64,000 nucleotides of DNA from contig CAKVOF010000001.1 in the NCBI GenBank assembly GCA_934778125.1, forward strand, positions 18,429 to 82,428, read 5' to 3'. Made by a program: the position numbers and the translations under genes. Shown piece by piece: positions 15,001 to 21,083 of this stretch; position 1 is the stretch's first letter, and the number at the start of each line of letters is the position of its first letter. The notes beneath the pieces were generated by a model. That model made no database searches. It saw only the letters and a list, made by a program, of their open reading frames with translations, and had not been told where the DNA came from. Source of the DNA: an uncultured Clostridia bacterium. Lineage in GTDB: Bacteria; Bacillota; Clostridia; Christensenellales; UBA1242.

Positions 15001-18000
15001 TGTTAGTTGAGTAAACGCACTTTGAATATTAAATTGCTTTGCTTCAATTGTTATTGCCACTTTTATTGTGTTTTCAAATATCGCATTTAAGGCTTGCACC
15101 TTTTCATCTTCAGTGATTGCCTCTATATTAGGTCCACCAGCAGTTTTATGATTAAAATAACTTGCAATATACTCTTTCAAATTATCACTAAAGTTTGCAA
15201 ACTTTTTAACTTTAAATGATATGTGAAAATTTCTTATTTTATCTGTATTAATCTCAAAAACATCATCAAACACAATTTGATATTCACTAGTGTATTCATT
15301 AGCTGGCAATTTTGGTAGGTTTAATGAGTTGTGTGAGAGTTCAATTTCAACAGCTCCCTTTTCTCCAACATTTCCCTCAGCCAAACCACCAAGCCTAATA
15401 ACCTCTGGATTTAAAGCAAACTCTATGTTGTAATTAGACCTTTCCGCCTCAAGCCTATAGCCCACAGACTCAGGATTATACAATGTTGTTTTATTAGATG
15501 AAGTATCCGATGTGATTGTTACGCTGTTTAGAGCATCTAACACCCAAACAAAAATGTTATATGTAACTTTAATTGGTGTTTTTTCGATTTTATTACCTGC
15601 ATCTAATTTATAACCACTATATTCTATATTTATCACATAAGGCTTATTAGAATCCGTTGTTAAATTTTCACCAACCGTTATTATTCCATTTTCCATGCGA
15701 ACGCTTGAAGTTTCACTAATCAATTTAACCGTACAATTGTTTGTTATATCGATATATCTATAATCCGCACCATCTTTAAAGATATTGCTAAGCGTTAATT
15801 TAAGTTTGCTATTTGGAGTAACAACTAATCCTTGAATGTAATCATAGTCAATAGTTTCACCTTCACCACAAACATCATTTTCCTTAATTAAAGAATATGT
15901 ACTTCCATCATACTCAACTTTAAAATCACTTCCTGCCTCATAATTAAACATTTTATTCCAAAGAATCATTCCGCTATTTGAATCAATATCTATTTTGCTT
16001 GGAATAATTGAATCATATGAACTTTCCTCAGCTTTATATTTAAAACCAATAGGAACAACAAGTTTTATGCCAAGTTGAATTTCGTAACCATTAATTAATT
16101 TAATTTTAACATTTTTGATTTCCGCAGTTTTTAAGTCATCATTTGGCACAACCACAATACTTGACTTTAAAACGCCACCATCTTCTTTATTAAACACTTG
16201 CAATTTGAAAAACTCATTTGAATAAACGATACCTTCATTTACATCTTCACAAACCAAAACCGATTTTAAATCGAAACCAGAAATTGTCAATAAAGTATGT
16301 GTTTCTGACAATTTCTCTAAATCAAAATCACTAATAGCCACATTTAAAAAGTAAGAAGCATCTTTTATCTTTTCCATCTCAACAATAGTGGCATTTAAGT
16401 TTGCATTACTTACCAAGTTGATTTTTATCTCTTTTCTGCATAACTCATACTGGCTATAGTTTTCTGTTAATTGCTTTTCAGGGCAAACATCAAAGTGGTA
16501 AACAATAGTTGCAGTTATATCTTTAATATTTTTCAATTGCTCATTAGTTTCAAAAGTGTGCTTTAAATAAACCACTTCATTTAAATTAAGATTTGAATAA
16601 ACAATTGATTTGTTTGCTCCATCTGTGTATGTTAAAACATCGTTTTCATTATTATTTCTAAACACTTTTAATCCAGCCACATCGCCATTCTTTTTCAACA
16701 CATCAATTGATTCAGATGAAATAATTAGCGAATATGTTGGGCTATAAATTGCACTATTATCATCGTTATCAACATTTAAAATTGGCTTAATTTCTGAGCC
16801 ATTAAGCGTGCCTATATATTGAGTAAAAACACTAATGCTTGTTAAGTCTTTGTTATTATTGATAATCATATCTTCAGGCAAAGCAACCACATTAACAGTT
16901 ACTTTAATCTCTTTATCATATAATCCGCCTAAATCTAAATTTCCAGTATTATCAAAATATTCAAATTTGAATGTTAATTCCGCTTCACCTATTTTATCTG
17001 AATTTGTTTTTATTGCCCAGGTGAAACTATTACCTTCAAGTTTATCCGCCTTAATTAATTCACTATTAGAACTTACGCAAGTTACTTTATAACTCGAACC
17101 TAAATCTGAAATAACGGCATTTGCTTTATTTCTTAAATCAAATGTTAAAGTTCTTTGCATTAAATAATTATTTGTTGTTGCGATTGGAGAAAGAATTGGA
17201 TTAACTAAAATAACATTATATTTATCAAGAGAATTCTTAGATAGTTCAAATGTGCTTGAATCTAAACTATCTTTATTCGATTTCACACCAATATTATCGG
17301 CAACCTTCACAACAGCCAATGAAAATTCAAATGGTTGAGAATAATCAGTGGTTGAATCCAAAGTGTCGTGAGCATAAACTGATTTATTTTTTGATTTAAT
17401 ATTTATTTTAACTTTTTCAAAACCTTTCGTAAGCGCATCATTAGCACAAGTAAGTTTTGTTTTTGTTGAGTCTAATGTGAAAACGCTAGTTGAATCAATT
17501 CCATTAATAGTTTCATTAACTATGCTTATCTCAAAATCCCTTTGCTCCGTTTGCATTGGATAAAACTCAAATGCACGAGCTAGAATTTCATTTGAAGCGA
17601 AATCTATAGTTTGACCTTGAGCGATTGCAACTTTGCTTGATTCAAATTTTATTCTTTTCACTTCAACTAGTGATTTAAATGTAACTGATTTATATAAACT
17701 AGTTGGGCCCTCTTTTGGTTTGATCGTGAAAGTCCCCTTTCCGACCATATCTGTTGGGGTGATTGTTATTTTATTTAGCCCCAAAGCTTTATCGTATTCA
17801 ACTGTGAATGTTGCATAAGCATTGTTTTGAATCGGCTGAATTTCCTTGCTAACCGATTTCCCAACCCCAGAGATTTTAACCCAAATCACTGTTGGGATAG
17901 CTTCACCCGTTCCAGCTGGCGAACCAACACTCAACTCCTCATTTAAGTTTAATTCGTTTTTGCATTCAACATCGGTAAAAACAACCATAGTCATTTTAGA

Positions 18001-18084
18001 ATATGGGTTTCCACAGCTTGCCAAAAACATAATTGGGCTTATTAAAACCATTAATAAAACCATCAAGCACTTTTTCATTTTCAT
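1..18084 (-). CDS. Giant surface lipoprotein, partial (at least 6,028 codons; the C-terminus lies beyond the left edge). GLUG-motif-like / parallel beta-helix repeat adhesin.
   Basis: The gene is absent from the ORF track, presumably because no stop lies in the window. I translated the minus strand by hand with codons occupying plus positions 3k+1..3k+3. The start is ATG at 18084 or 18078, preceded by GGAGA (plus 18085-18089). The N-terminus reads MKMKKCLMVLLMVLISPIMFLASCGNPYSK, which is a signal peptide plus lipobox L-A-S-C. Spot checks at 1-120, 2701-2820, 4621-4680, 9001-9120, 10741-10800, 13201-13320 and 18001-18060 found no in-frame stop. The track lists no minus ORF in this frame anywhere in 1-18084, as expected for one unbroken ORF. 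Translated repeat examples are NSKAVAGGIAGYASASDLYGFVSYGNIFY (2701-2820), NVAGLIGLNNGTATITNAYAKV (13201-13320) and YGTAIVAGTNRGIIDCVIV (1-60). Confidence 0.85.
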   Translation of the reverse strand, partial: MKMKKCLMVLLMVLISPIMFLASCGNPYSKMTMVVFTDVECKNELNLNEELSVGSPAGTGEAIPTVIWVKISGVGKSVSKEIQPIQNNAYATFTVEYDKALGLNKITITPTDMVGKGTFTIKPKEGPTSLYKSVTFKSLVEVKRIKFESSKVAIAQGQTIDFASNEILARAFEFYPMQTEQRDFEISIVNETINGIDSTSVFTLDSTKTKLTCANDALTKGFEKVKINIKSKNKSVYAHDTLDSTTDYSQPFEFSLAVVKVADNIGVKSNKDSLDSSTFELSKNSLDKYNVILVNPILSPIATTNNYLMQRTLTFDLRNKANAVISDLGSSYKVTCVSSNSELIKADKLEGNSFTWAIKTNSDKIGEAELTFKFEYFDNTGNLDLGGLYDKEIKVTVNVVALPEDMIINNNKDLTSISVFTQYIGTLNGSEIKPILNVDNDDNSAIYSPTYSLIISSESIDVLKKNGDVAGLKVFRNNNENDVLTYTDGANKSIVYSNLNLNEVVYLKHTFETNEQLKNIKDITATIVYHFDVCPEKQLTENYSQYELCRKEIKINLVSNANLNATIVEMEKIKDASYFLNVAISDFDLEKLSETHTLLTISGFDLKSVLVCEDVNEGIVYSNEFFKLQVFNKEDGGVLKSSIVVVPNDDLKTAEIKNVKIKLINGYEIQLGIKLVVPIGFKYKAEESSYDSIIPSKIDIDSNSGMILWNKMFNYEAGSDFKVEYDGSTYSLIKENDVCGEGETIDYDYIQGLVVTPNSKLKLTLSNIFKDGADYRYIDITNNCTVKLISETSSVRMENGIITVGENLTTDSNKPYVINIEYSGYKLDAGNKIEKTPIKVTYNIFVWVLDALNSVTITSDTSSNKTTLYNPESVGYRLEAERSNYNIEFALNPEVIRLGGLAEGNVGEKGAVEIELSHNSLNLPKLPANEYTSEYQIVFDDVFEINTDKIRNFHISFKVKKFANFSDNLKEYIASYFNHKTAGGPNIEAITEDEKVQALNAIFENTIKVAITIEAKQFNIQSAFTQLTLNINSAKKVEKIILKDVQDSGFYFEAGENRYNNSSIVVEKIIKPNNVFNENIVLGNYINDCYEVKKVLSSLSKEDKQNSRNWKDLIGGIVEGNYDLVIIPKSKAGTEYLTIASEDSFVKNSIESATTKVTIRIKVADGSSENPFEISNASYYKNYFVKDVENGNKERGKYYHYILTNDISLDGTLNYINFPEITNNEGGNFSLNGLFEYKINGDTKEEYHTISYTASVMPFDSLAKNASFGLFKKITTNLATIKNLIVNANFTINTMVSEDKTIIELNIGGICGEFAGVMENCVANTDIIFDDSPSGAIISKLNIGGMVGKLTNDTTNGKIYGFNENLTIAQYSSKMSAKLTKNNTKNENNEINIGGVVGLIDFAGSDGDSNIKDLKVQTYILVGSVESGSVNLSKANVGGVAGKSEIKGEYNESHLTISDVQVFPTLYSYSNVGGVIGLVSENGVYIKDVVVYFPNTEDKGISTASLVAYTKLGGVIGSAKVSGTDAKLIIEQSYARGFNTNEVGGSDNYGDLYAPDSTWSADVGGLIGELNGNASIIKSYFDGSINVEANSNNVAGLIGLNNGTATITNAYAKVRTNSLINGSIKHFDSTEDYTNIKTSYAYINGGLFIVVNSGTNGSSEDLFNNPAFTKVVNNEKIPGFNWYQNENLNDKLPILVVYHSEGIYLKDKNRTVYYEALYDIVPSGIEIDIIPLKVNTVIDNKINYYNKQYIDLGSYVKADKVIKRVVLFHNTQLNGNVTSNYYEFGISNSFRASSSEVVRLANIKFVGNNEIDGVDFIELKVNKNIGIRSSNEGVVKQSIRYGGNIVSTTGYGFAEVTIFSALDHTIKAVVEVIVVDGISGLKLLSENNKELTSSDELVRDKDKLYIDESKDIVANIENTYKSNYVNKENVQYQSFVENNGKMGLILEILDSSYNYQTKESISDNVNATVKIGNEEHTFNTVSDENSFKNNIVIIKNVERNASSFSLKAVRDNAGQDKKSFFKFKVTPFYYLDSVIGDNEIDSITQKYWNENYNQTDPDTGAESSYKYELNSVDTTKHFAIVNDLTKEYCLEVCSRPEYLKIVDNTPSAGISPNNGSVTLTAEIKTSNVYLSNTNQEGYFEITKGSEIFYVKPNETLRLLGYRYQNTSTIRYIKEVDYKIDFNSLSSIYSTTTDNSSILTFELLEGSIKFSGVVDSKQMFVLTYKIKVGFNQDLYNSNNQFYDNIFAQGGMNFKLVFATENSELKSDDIENGQIKTNETIKDYFLVFKPDNITSVISAFYPNELKSTADTYFSPNAKESDYLAPETNGLLKFKIVPGINNAYSYQLRLSESSLALYRNYVRFTQLRAVYKSKMADSAPIFYKYEDIGGPSEIPDRTQKGIVLDKTSNSYLDNNSTFDDLFYVKLFLMQGCPTTDEESGAKAFINFDFIALDENDNVIFKADSISLEVKPLPQVAISIGNENDVVIEENSIKEIYWSAKNFTNLSINLSFKNSINERKIVIVSEDEFEFRNGSINLETTDNTKVRYDIDAVTGKYTNKILMPTDYKFKNTFEKDENGKNKRYWLVTLSDIAKDKDSNYLWSLNETQYASNATVRVIATATRTLNGITLDDVSEVGAQVVDSEVLSIGLAGSSKVGDVNNFEVLNSSYAGLQVEVNKNKAKSSIFEQSYVKDDSLNAKDSSTYINFNGEYQTLEQIKYQVKFIIATEKSKTIYEVTDDELNEVLKYWKVDGADLYLLADNSYIKINDTNRFKYVNQGNYAYAGGDDNVRHINDGEYATHEVDGVQVVYKVKDIITVDKEATKDSLKNTEYNFHFMLGGTLYKLSDYGDSIKALERREGEEVVSITYYVLVNEAIVYLAEIQTEDSEIKIQNLYWNKLSGGYVSDENGDYVRIAKYDKETINAGSASKYSYYKLPMKDNAIDEADANIVKLTVSNKDNFDFVEVKVDSKKVVFMIGEETAPDTYVYNTFNGTLYDFREDNRYKVSEFNSEKITEFLFSGIEIYQLDEENKKITIPYSKTVGKTIESYANFFFVKNGAGEFVRLSTNPDVYKEESFSKLFEFSRRTKNKQINSDDLIEYFSITGLTNGSVEMRIAIDYFYDENGNVFVFIDKNGDGKNDIDERYRLNDVLGNNYYVYFESGITSYRFKLYHIEYDFTLIVKDNSTYDHPTPIYTQSEFEAMTDGNYIMMSDITLENYVPLDANFKSLDGNGYILTIKNFNMSGVSETNTGDYGLFTTISANSIVKNLTINIQNLLVSKTVMANYEKTIESINTADSVTSEIQSQISKHPINLAFKNTVRFGVLAGTNNGILTNIKVVNLNNSENKYLQVLTSEYYEGNISSISIGGLVCVNNGVITNSAIGNIGNIQSWKNKIIGGVQVKTGAGDTTTSMQTNTFVIAGHRNIAGFALENSGTISSSYIKEVGLYNKNTREGSNNGSSTAGFVLNNISSGNILDCSIEGVLKVAIDGKPTSINQYRAKFEEPMATGTEIIDEILYSTGDISGFVFSNNGTIKNAYSMVAMMAPAKNSAGFAFNNQGEIYNAYTTSIDVQTKIGSTYAHYAFVWEMGDSQVIKNSYYLVKDLESYKNESDAEPIKLVFNENGTIQEENENTFKSIATFSSFGFCDEESLDSNWVLNKGKRRPVLVATEYLNTYSHRKIISVRNVDESEAGQKINDDNIETFLNDVSKYSFNYEYLNNQIGSKENPILIDSAEYFVANLLEGSSAVKSVATGNNMMIFGANYSKEITTKPAYLRQINNLDFSIVDNKNVLQNSIVGSNNKVYRVRDLCFAGNFDGNGLNITNLNLSQGSGTEIEVSSFENHGLFNQIGYSIVQAKEFGLSQTQVAVIKNVNFECSEYSSINAKKAGILAGSVYNSSIVNVSISSASGNEIQINAVNMAGAVAGLVLDDFDKPSVKLVDISISNIKISTSYGNYTALTLDSTTVDGVYETFKTNKNNISSISINLDNDKKPYYNQLNDSKNKDISYVGGVAGVIIAQNAGEINREEESTTDSFRSKILIDNDVTEDNYINNLKVSGNVKFISDTVGGVFGYVGANSRVKNSGFIVYSPEVTNQEGENYYQLLKGYNTSGGVVGENLGIIEKCYFTYEEVNTYGDNIDITTQDEFDQSINDWNKGAVSKTPECNIFIDKDEAGRVVAVIGGVVGRSNNGIVVDSMSKVPVMNENAFVAGGLVGLAKNYAFIGSSLTTSMVIAKEVVGGLVGFYNIPFGEEGNIDFKLHIEGSIALNKWDNNIVSKLKNKLLSITGNKLNESNLNFVIRLSEIGNQKFSEINDISSYNDIGANKTYYYNSNGNLTASYDNIRFYAGSLIGSMTTNNSYENYSNLFNKNGYIENVNFVKDITKIKNTASVAYNILTVAMEDDVAGNIEMSYSENYALAYRKLSGSAKTILDNNTDITSVTGDANFEKLLSGTVQLNLQSVTGYFRNYVNNQPYGSSHKIQDENSSINLFRRTLEIYNYDSNGNRITSISPIVIDARFVVLDSVDARTNSIWKNVSENEFAIVKFTSKPYNPVVIIKTSEELNEALAVSGVSKYFKLENLATDNLSGGGVYHVYVNENYNYSKLQGTYLSSIIGSAVGGYNPRVKIHYSSANNLYSLFNRIMNATFENIDFELEISSGSTYANASSEGSFGLFAHSIINSTFENCNFIISGVENDENKQIDIELSTLTNETGEKYATKNFGLVMGNAVASKLNSTKVITLSPIKINAGKASSIGGFIGKTSNCVLNTVDVLTMVGGKGELNANEYKNGSFDIVLSQNRAGENNDIIIGGVVADASHTSLILINKNSVLTEALIASNALIKNTMALGGIRRMVKRFSTLVTESNVVTWFNNFIGLGGKFKVEDTDELINSRILSLSPSVSYKAGSDSETTGIKHNVYLAGLVGVLTHSSLNESIFVGNVFANVMQPNSISDKNTYSYSIVLGGACGSINNSGVYSTQIDMLINGDRLVELNNHKIVLNTNGLNATSKVGGVAGEVIGNSSLFGAISSYSDNVSSNINIEINSINEAMVGGIAGFVGSASQKLSVIYAYNLGEIKVCDDCTGTIYVGGVCGFISMGNVANVYNAGDIKLAENSNSKAVAGGIAGYASASDLYGFVSYGNIFYYDDSKNIIAPILASGIANSVNLGYGYTISRLYAYQLNYENELLVDNILNAQTASISNISNSSNTNIVYYINEFSVQYDELRNSIKDTPAYNGTVGVGYSDFDYELIKRSGVLNAGGYSQILSKGESEFAVSFEVDYSLGVFTESFLLRITGLLSPISANEISSEEGSKVNPLRVDNYITLKSKLSESLGNIGDEKYIIANIPMDSSKSEVNNAISDLYDVVVGVKQTAKQAKYAELYLTSNKSLIGTIHSTGILSGFSVKVYDNKNKIRDGYSPIASVNNGMIFNVVAYGKTEIELQKGSSKNVSAFVGKNNGQIYRSGSVVSFTGNITAENIEVKGNNVNNSLKISGIANENNGIVKDSYSLANYDNLTTSNEANISTNPNEEYVGVLKEYNANSLQVTLATGESTYMAFDKNGDKLAEYITTDSCYAKVYSEEDINNVITGAYAFNEEIEGAGVIKTGYVIFKDIASSKIEDNGIGEKILTIIKGSGKIYKVAFEKYGGSDFKVEYADKITIDGKDFYTTEKLSYTPNREVSDSIIVAGLVYNQRTGENAKAKLENAFHSGSFIDFNADAIKYTHIYEKSASGAYEMKAKTPTAGNTAGFINVYGNSYSDEIIDGEIACFNSSNNEINPGSDIYNVWKKASSDENYNTYYINNGIMIATGINSDLNSDDEHSFTNVAVGGGVAGKEYKQNTVDSDSGLISEANNDFKVKDKPNNAGPGENDSKYDMFEESSNNIIIRSEKDFLRYVLGQATGDKKVPNYSVTELNKNVYILNDLDFSKVSNRYGAFSLVKLCKGYEFKGFNVTIKNLKLSGPLFQQNEGTISGITFDNLTVSGNSYTFDGKILTSYGTAIVCGLNLGTIELVKVTNSKVYANNDYGTAIVAGTNRGIIDCVIVSDCAV

Positions 18085-18132
18085 TCTCCTTTGCTCTAAA
18101 TATATTATTAAACAATTATATAATAATTATTT

Positions 18133-18155
18133 ACGCTCGCGCGTGCGCGTGCGTA
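18133..18155. other. Alternating pyrimidine-purine CG/TG tract (acgctcgcgcgtgcgcgtgcgta) in the giant-gene leader
   Basis: It is the only GC-rich patch in a 520-bp AT-rich intergenic region. Positions 18138-18155 alternate perfectly (CGCGCGTGCGCGTGCGTA). As RNA it can fold as ACGC-A-CGCG/CGCG-A-GCGU. Confidence 0.6.
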
Positions 18156-18176
18156 TTTATATAAATATACAAATAT

Positions 18177-18205
18177 ATTATATAAACTTTATAATATATA
18201 GTCAA
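18177..18205 (-). promoter_or_regulatory. Candidate sigma-70-type promoter of the giant gene
   Basis: On the minus strand I read TTGACT (plus 18200-18205), a 17-nt spacer, then TATAAT (plus 18177-18182). This lies about 95 nt upstream of the start codon. The background is AT-rich, so chance matches are common. Confidence 0.4.
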
Positions 18206-18606
18206 ATAAATGCACTAAAAAATCGCTTTTTACAATATTTTAAAATATAATGATTTAACTTGCTGAAAAATAATTTTAAGATTCCAAATTTTTATTTTAA
18301 TTTCAAGTTTGATTTTTTACCACAACATCAAAAACTAAAAATTATTGTAAAAAAATAAAAATTTGTAATATTGTCATAAACATATGCGTTTTTGTCAATA
18401 ACATAAGCATTATAAACACAACCCCTCATTTTGTTTTTCAACCCATTTAAAGTTTATTTGTGTAATTTAAATAAATAATTTAAAAGACATTCACATTTCA
18501 TTAATTATTTGATATAATAATTTCACGAAAATTAAAAACAAAAACAACTCATCTGTTTGTTACAATAAAGCAAACTATAAGCAATTTAAATAACTAAAGA
18601 AAACAT

Positions 18607-19479
18607 ATGAAAACAAAAAAAGATATAAAATTTATAGTCAATAAAGTATTAACGTGCTTCTCAGAAGCATTGTTTTACTTTGCGGTAATGCTTTCTCCGT
18701 TTATAGCATATGGATACATTCATAAAACTCCAGTAACTTTATTTGGCGCGAATGTTTCAGTCGTAACAACAGGAAGTATGATAAATAGTGGATTCAATAT
18801 TGGCGACACCCTTATTCTGAGGCGAATAAACCCACACAACATCAAAGTTGGCGATGCTATTGCTTTTTATTATGAAGCTAGTGAAATCCCAAATAGAAAC
18901 GAATTGCAAACATATGTGAGCGTGAAAACTGTTCCTAATAACCTTTCATTTAATGAAATGTTTGGCATTAATAATAAGTATTTTCTTGAAGCAAGCAAGA
19001 AGAATCGTTTCGTTTGCTTTCACCAAGTTGTAAACATCTATATTGATAAAAATGGTGAACTATGGTTTGAAACTTGGGGCACGAGCAACGTTGATAATGA
19101 AGGAAACAAGTATTATGATAAAAAACTAACCAACGAAAACTATGTGGTAGGCAAATATTCTAGAAGGCCATATCTCATTTGGATTATAACATCTCTCGCT
19201 TTAAAGTTTGGTCTTAAAAACGTTTTGATTTGCGTTTGCACTGTTGTATTCATATCAATTATAATTAGATACTCATTAGTTTTTAGAAAATTATATTTAT
19301 CAAATAAATTATACAAACGAGAGCTTTCCATAACAAATAAAGTTTTCACCCCAAAATTCTTTTTGGAAACCTCTTTAAAAGATAGAGCAAAGTTACTTTC
19401 ATCAGCCAAACCAAACGAACTTATAATTTATAAAGAAAAGTTGTTTAATAGTAAATATATCAATTATTATAAATCATAA
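18607..19479 (+). CDS. Signal peptidase I, SipW/ER-archaeal type (S26B-like), with a C-terminal TM segment and tail
   Basis: There is an N-terminal TM anchor, then VVTTGSM (the catalytic Ser context of S26 peptidases). The motif GDTLILRR...VGDAIAFY follows, and FHQVV resembles the conserved His box of SipW-type enzymes. A second TM lies near residue 200. This is a motif-level call only. Confidence 0.6.
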   Translation: MKTKKDIKFIVNKVLTCFSEALFYFAVMLSPFIAYGYIHKTPVTLFGANVSVVTTGSMINSGFNIGDTLILRRINPHNIKVGDAIAFYYEASEIPNRNELQTYVSVKTVPNNLSFNEMFGINNKYFLEASKKNRFVCFHQVVNIYIDKNGELWFETWGTSNVDNEGNKYYDKKLTNENYVVGKYSRRPYLIWIITSLALKFGLKNVLICVCTVVFISIIIRYSLVFRKLYLSNKLYKRELSITNKVFTPKFFLETSLKDRAKLLSSAKPNELIIYKEKLFNSKYINYYKS

Positions 19480-19579
19480 AGCCATAAAAGTTTTTAATTT
19501 TACATCTTTACCTAAACGCATCATGAAATCATAATTTAGCATAAAATATAAATGCTCACAATTTATTCGTTTAAAGTTT

Positions 19580-19607
19580 AAGAAGAAAGATTATTTCTTC
19601 TTTTTTT
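19580..19607 (+). terminator. Rho-independent terminator
   Basis: Stem aagaagaaa / tttcttctt with loop gatta, followed by a T-run. Confidence 0.7.
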
Positions 19608-19807
19608 ATTATTAATTTAAAAAAATGTGTAATTAATTTGTTTATTAAAATAACACATTAGATATTATTTAAGTTGTTATTATTTGACATTTGCATTGAT
19701 TTAAGTAATAATTTATTATGATATAAATTAAAAGCTTTAAAATATCAAACGCTTTAATCAAACTAATTTAAAAGCTCAACAAAACTTATCATTATATAGG
19801 AGTGAAT

Positions 19808-20563
19808 ATGTACAACAAAGAATTTAGCAAAATATACAAAGATTCAGGCTGGGAACTTTTTGCCGATGTGTTTGGCAACTTCCTAATTAAGTATTTCGTT
19901 AAAAAAGAAAAACCAATTTTATCACACTTAGATCTTGCATGTGGAACTGGTTATCTTTGCAACCTATTTAATTCATTTAACATTGAAACGAGCGGAATGG
20001 ATATTTCTGAAAGTATGCTTGAAATAGCACGCAAAAGTTATCCTAATATCACTTTCACTCAAGGCGATATGATCGATTTTAAAAACCTAAAAAAAGTTGA
20101 TTTAGTGACTTGCACCTGTGACTCACTCAACCATTTATCGAGCTTAACCAATGTTCAAAACGCAGTTAAAACCGCCTACAAAAACTTAAATGAAAATGGA
20201 TATTTTGCTTTTGATATTGTTAACACACGCAAAATTCGCCTAGAAAAAACATATGGCTTTAAAACTGAACACGGTGATATTGAATACTATTTCACAATAA
20301 ACGATGATGATAAATTAATCACTAACATAACTGTCACTGATAACAATGGCAAAGAATATAAAAAGAAAATTGAAGAGTTAGCAATCAACAAGAGCGATAT
20401 GAATTCTATTTTAACAGAAGTTGGTTTCAAAATAGAAAAAGTTTATCCATCAATTAAAGCAACTGGCACAAAACTAAACTTAAAATGGTTCTACATTTGC
20501 AAAAAAGAAACTCCAAAAAAGAAAAAGGAAATGGTTAAATATGGGAAACGTAGCAAAATTTGA
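19808..20563 (+). CDS. Class I SAM-dependent methyltransferase
   Basis: The motif LDLACGTG is the SAM-binding motif I. The ATG at 19808 sits 5 nt after AGGAG. The track's start at 19802 is a GTG two codons upstream. Confidence 0.75.
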   Translation: MYNKEFSKIYKDSGWELFADVFGNFLIKYFVKKEKPILSHLDLACGTGYLCNLFNSFNIETSGMDISESMLEIARKSYPNITFTQGDMIDFKNLKKVDLVTCTCDSLNHLSSLTNVQNAVKTAYKNLNENGYFAFDIVNTRKIRLEKTYGFKTEHGDIEYYFTINDDDKLITNITVTDNNGKEYKKKIEELAINKSDMNSILTEVGFKIEKVYPSIKATGTKLNLKWFYICKKETPKKKKEMVKYGKRSKI

Positions 20564-21053
20564 AAAAATTTCATTTGGCCAATTTTTAAAAGATTATCAA
20601 AGCACTTTCCCAAACATAGATGAAAACACTATCACTGGTTATTATAACAACTTAAAATTACCAAAACGCGCAACAATGGGTTCCGCTGGTTATGACTTTT
20701 TTATTCCGTTTGATTTAACATTAACACCAGGTGAAACTATAAAAATTCCAACCGGAATTAGAGTTCAAATCGATGAAGGCTACTTCTTGCAAATCACTCC
20801 ACGAAGCGGGTTGGGATTTAAATTCCGCCTTCAACTAGACAACACTCTAGGAATAATCGACTCTGATTACTACAATTCATCAAATGAAGGCCATATTTTT
20901 ATTAAAATGACCAACTTAAACTCTGAAAACAAAGTACTTAATGTTCTTCAAGGGCAAGCGGTGGCTCAAGGAATTTTCCTTGAATTTGGTATAACATACG
21001 ATGATGATTGCGAAGAAATTAGAGATGGTGGTTTCGGAAGCACAACAAAATAA
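20541..21053 (+). CDS. dut: dUTP diphosphatase
   Basis: The motifs GSAGYDF, RSGLG and the C-terminal GGFGSTT are typical of trimeric dUTPases. The gene overlaps the upstream gene by 23 nt. Confidence 0.85.
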   Translation: MGNVAKFEKISFGQFLKDYQSTFPNIDENTITGYYNNLKLPKRATMGSAGYDFFIPFDLTLTPGETIKIPTGIRVQIDEGYFLQITPRSGLGFKFRLQLDNTLGIIDSDYYNSSNEGHIFIKMTNLNSENKVLNVLQGQAVAQGIFLEFGITYDDDCEEIRDGGFGSTTK

Positions 21054-21083
21054 AACAACTTAAATTTTAATATAAAATGTTTT

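Noticed and set aside
1-18084. I suspected an alternative genetic code or a non-coding/pseudogenised region, because the ORF track shows only short ORFs across 18 kb.
   Set aside because: The minus strand is open in one frame under the standard code in every segment I checked. All housekeeping genes elsewhere in the window also translate full-length with the standard code. The gap in the track is an artefact of the ORF running off the window edge.
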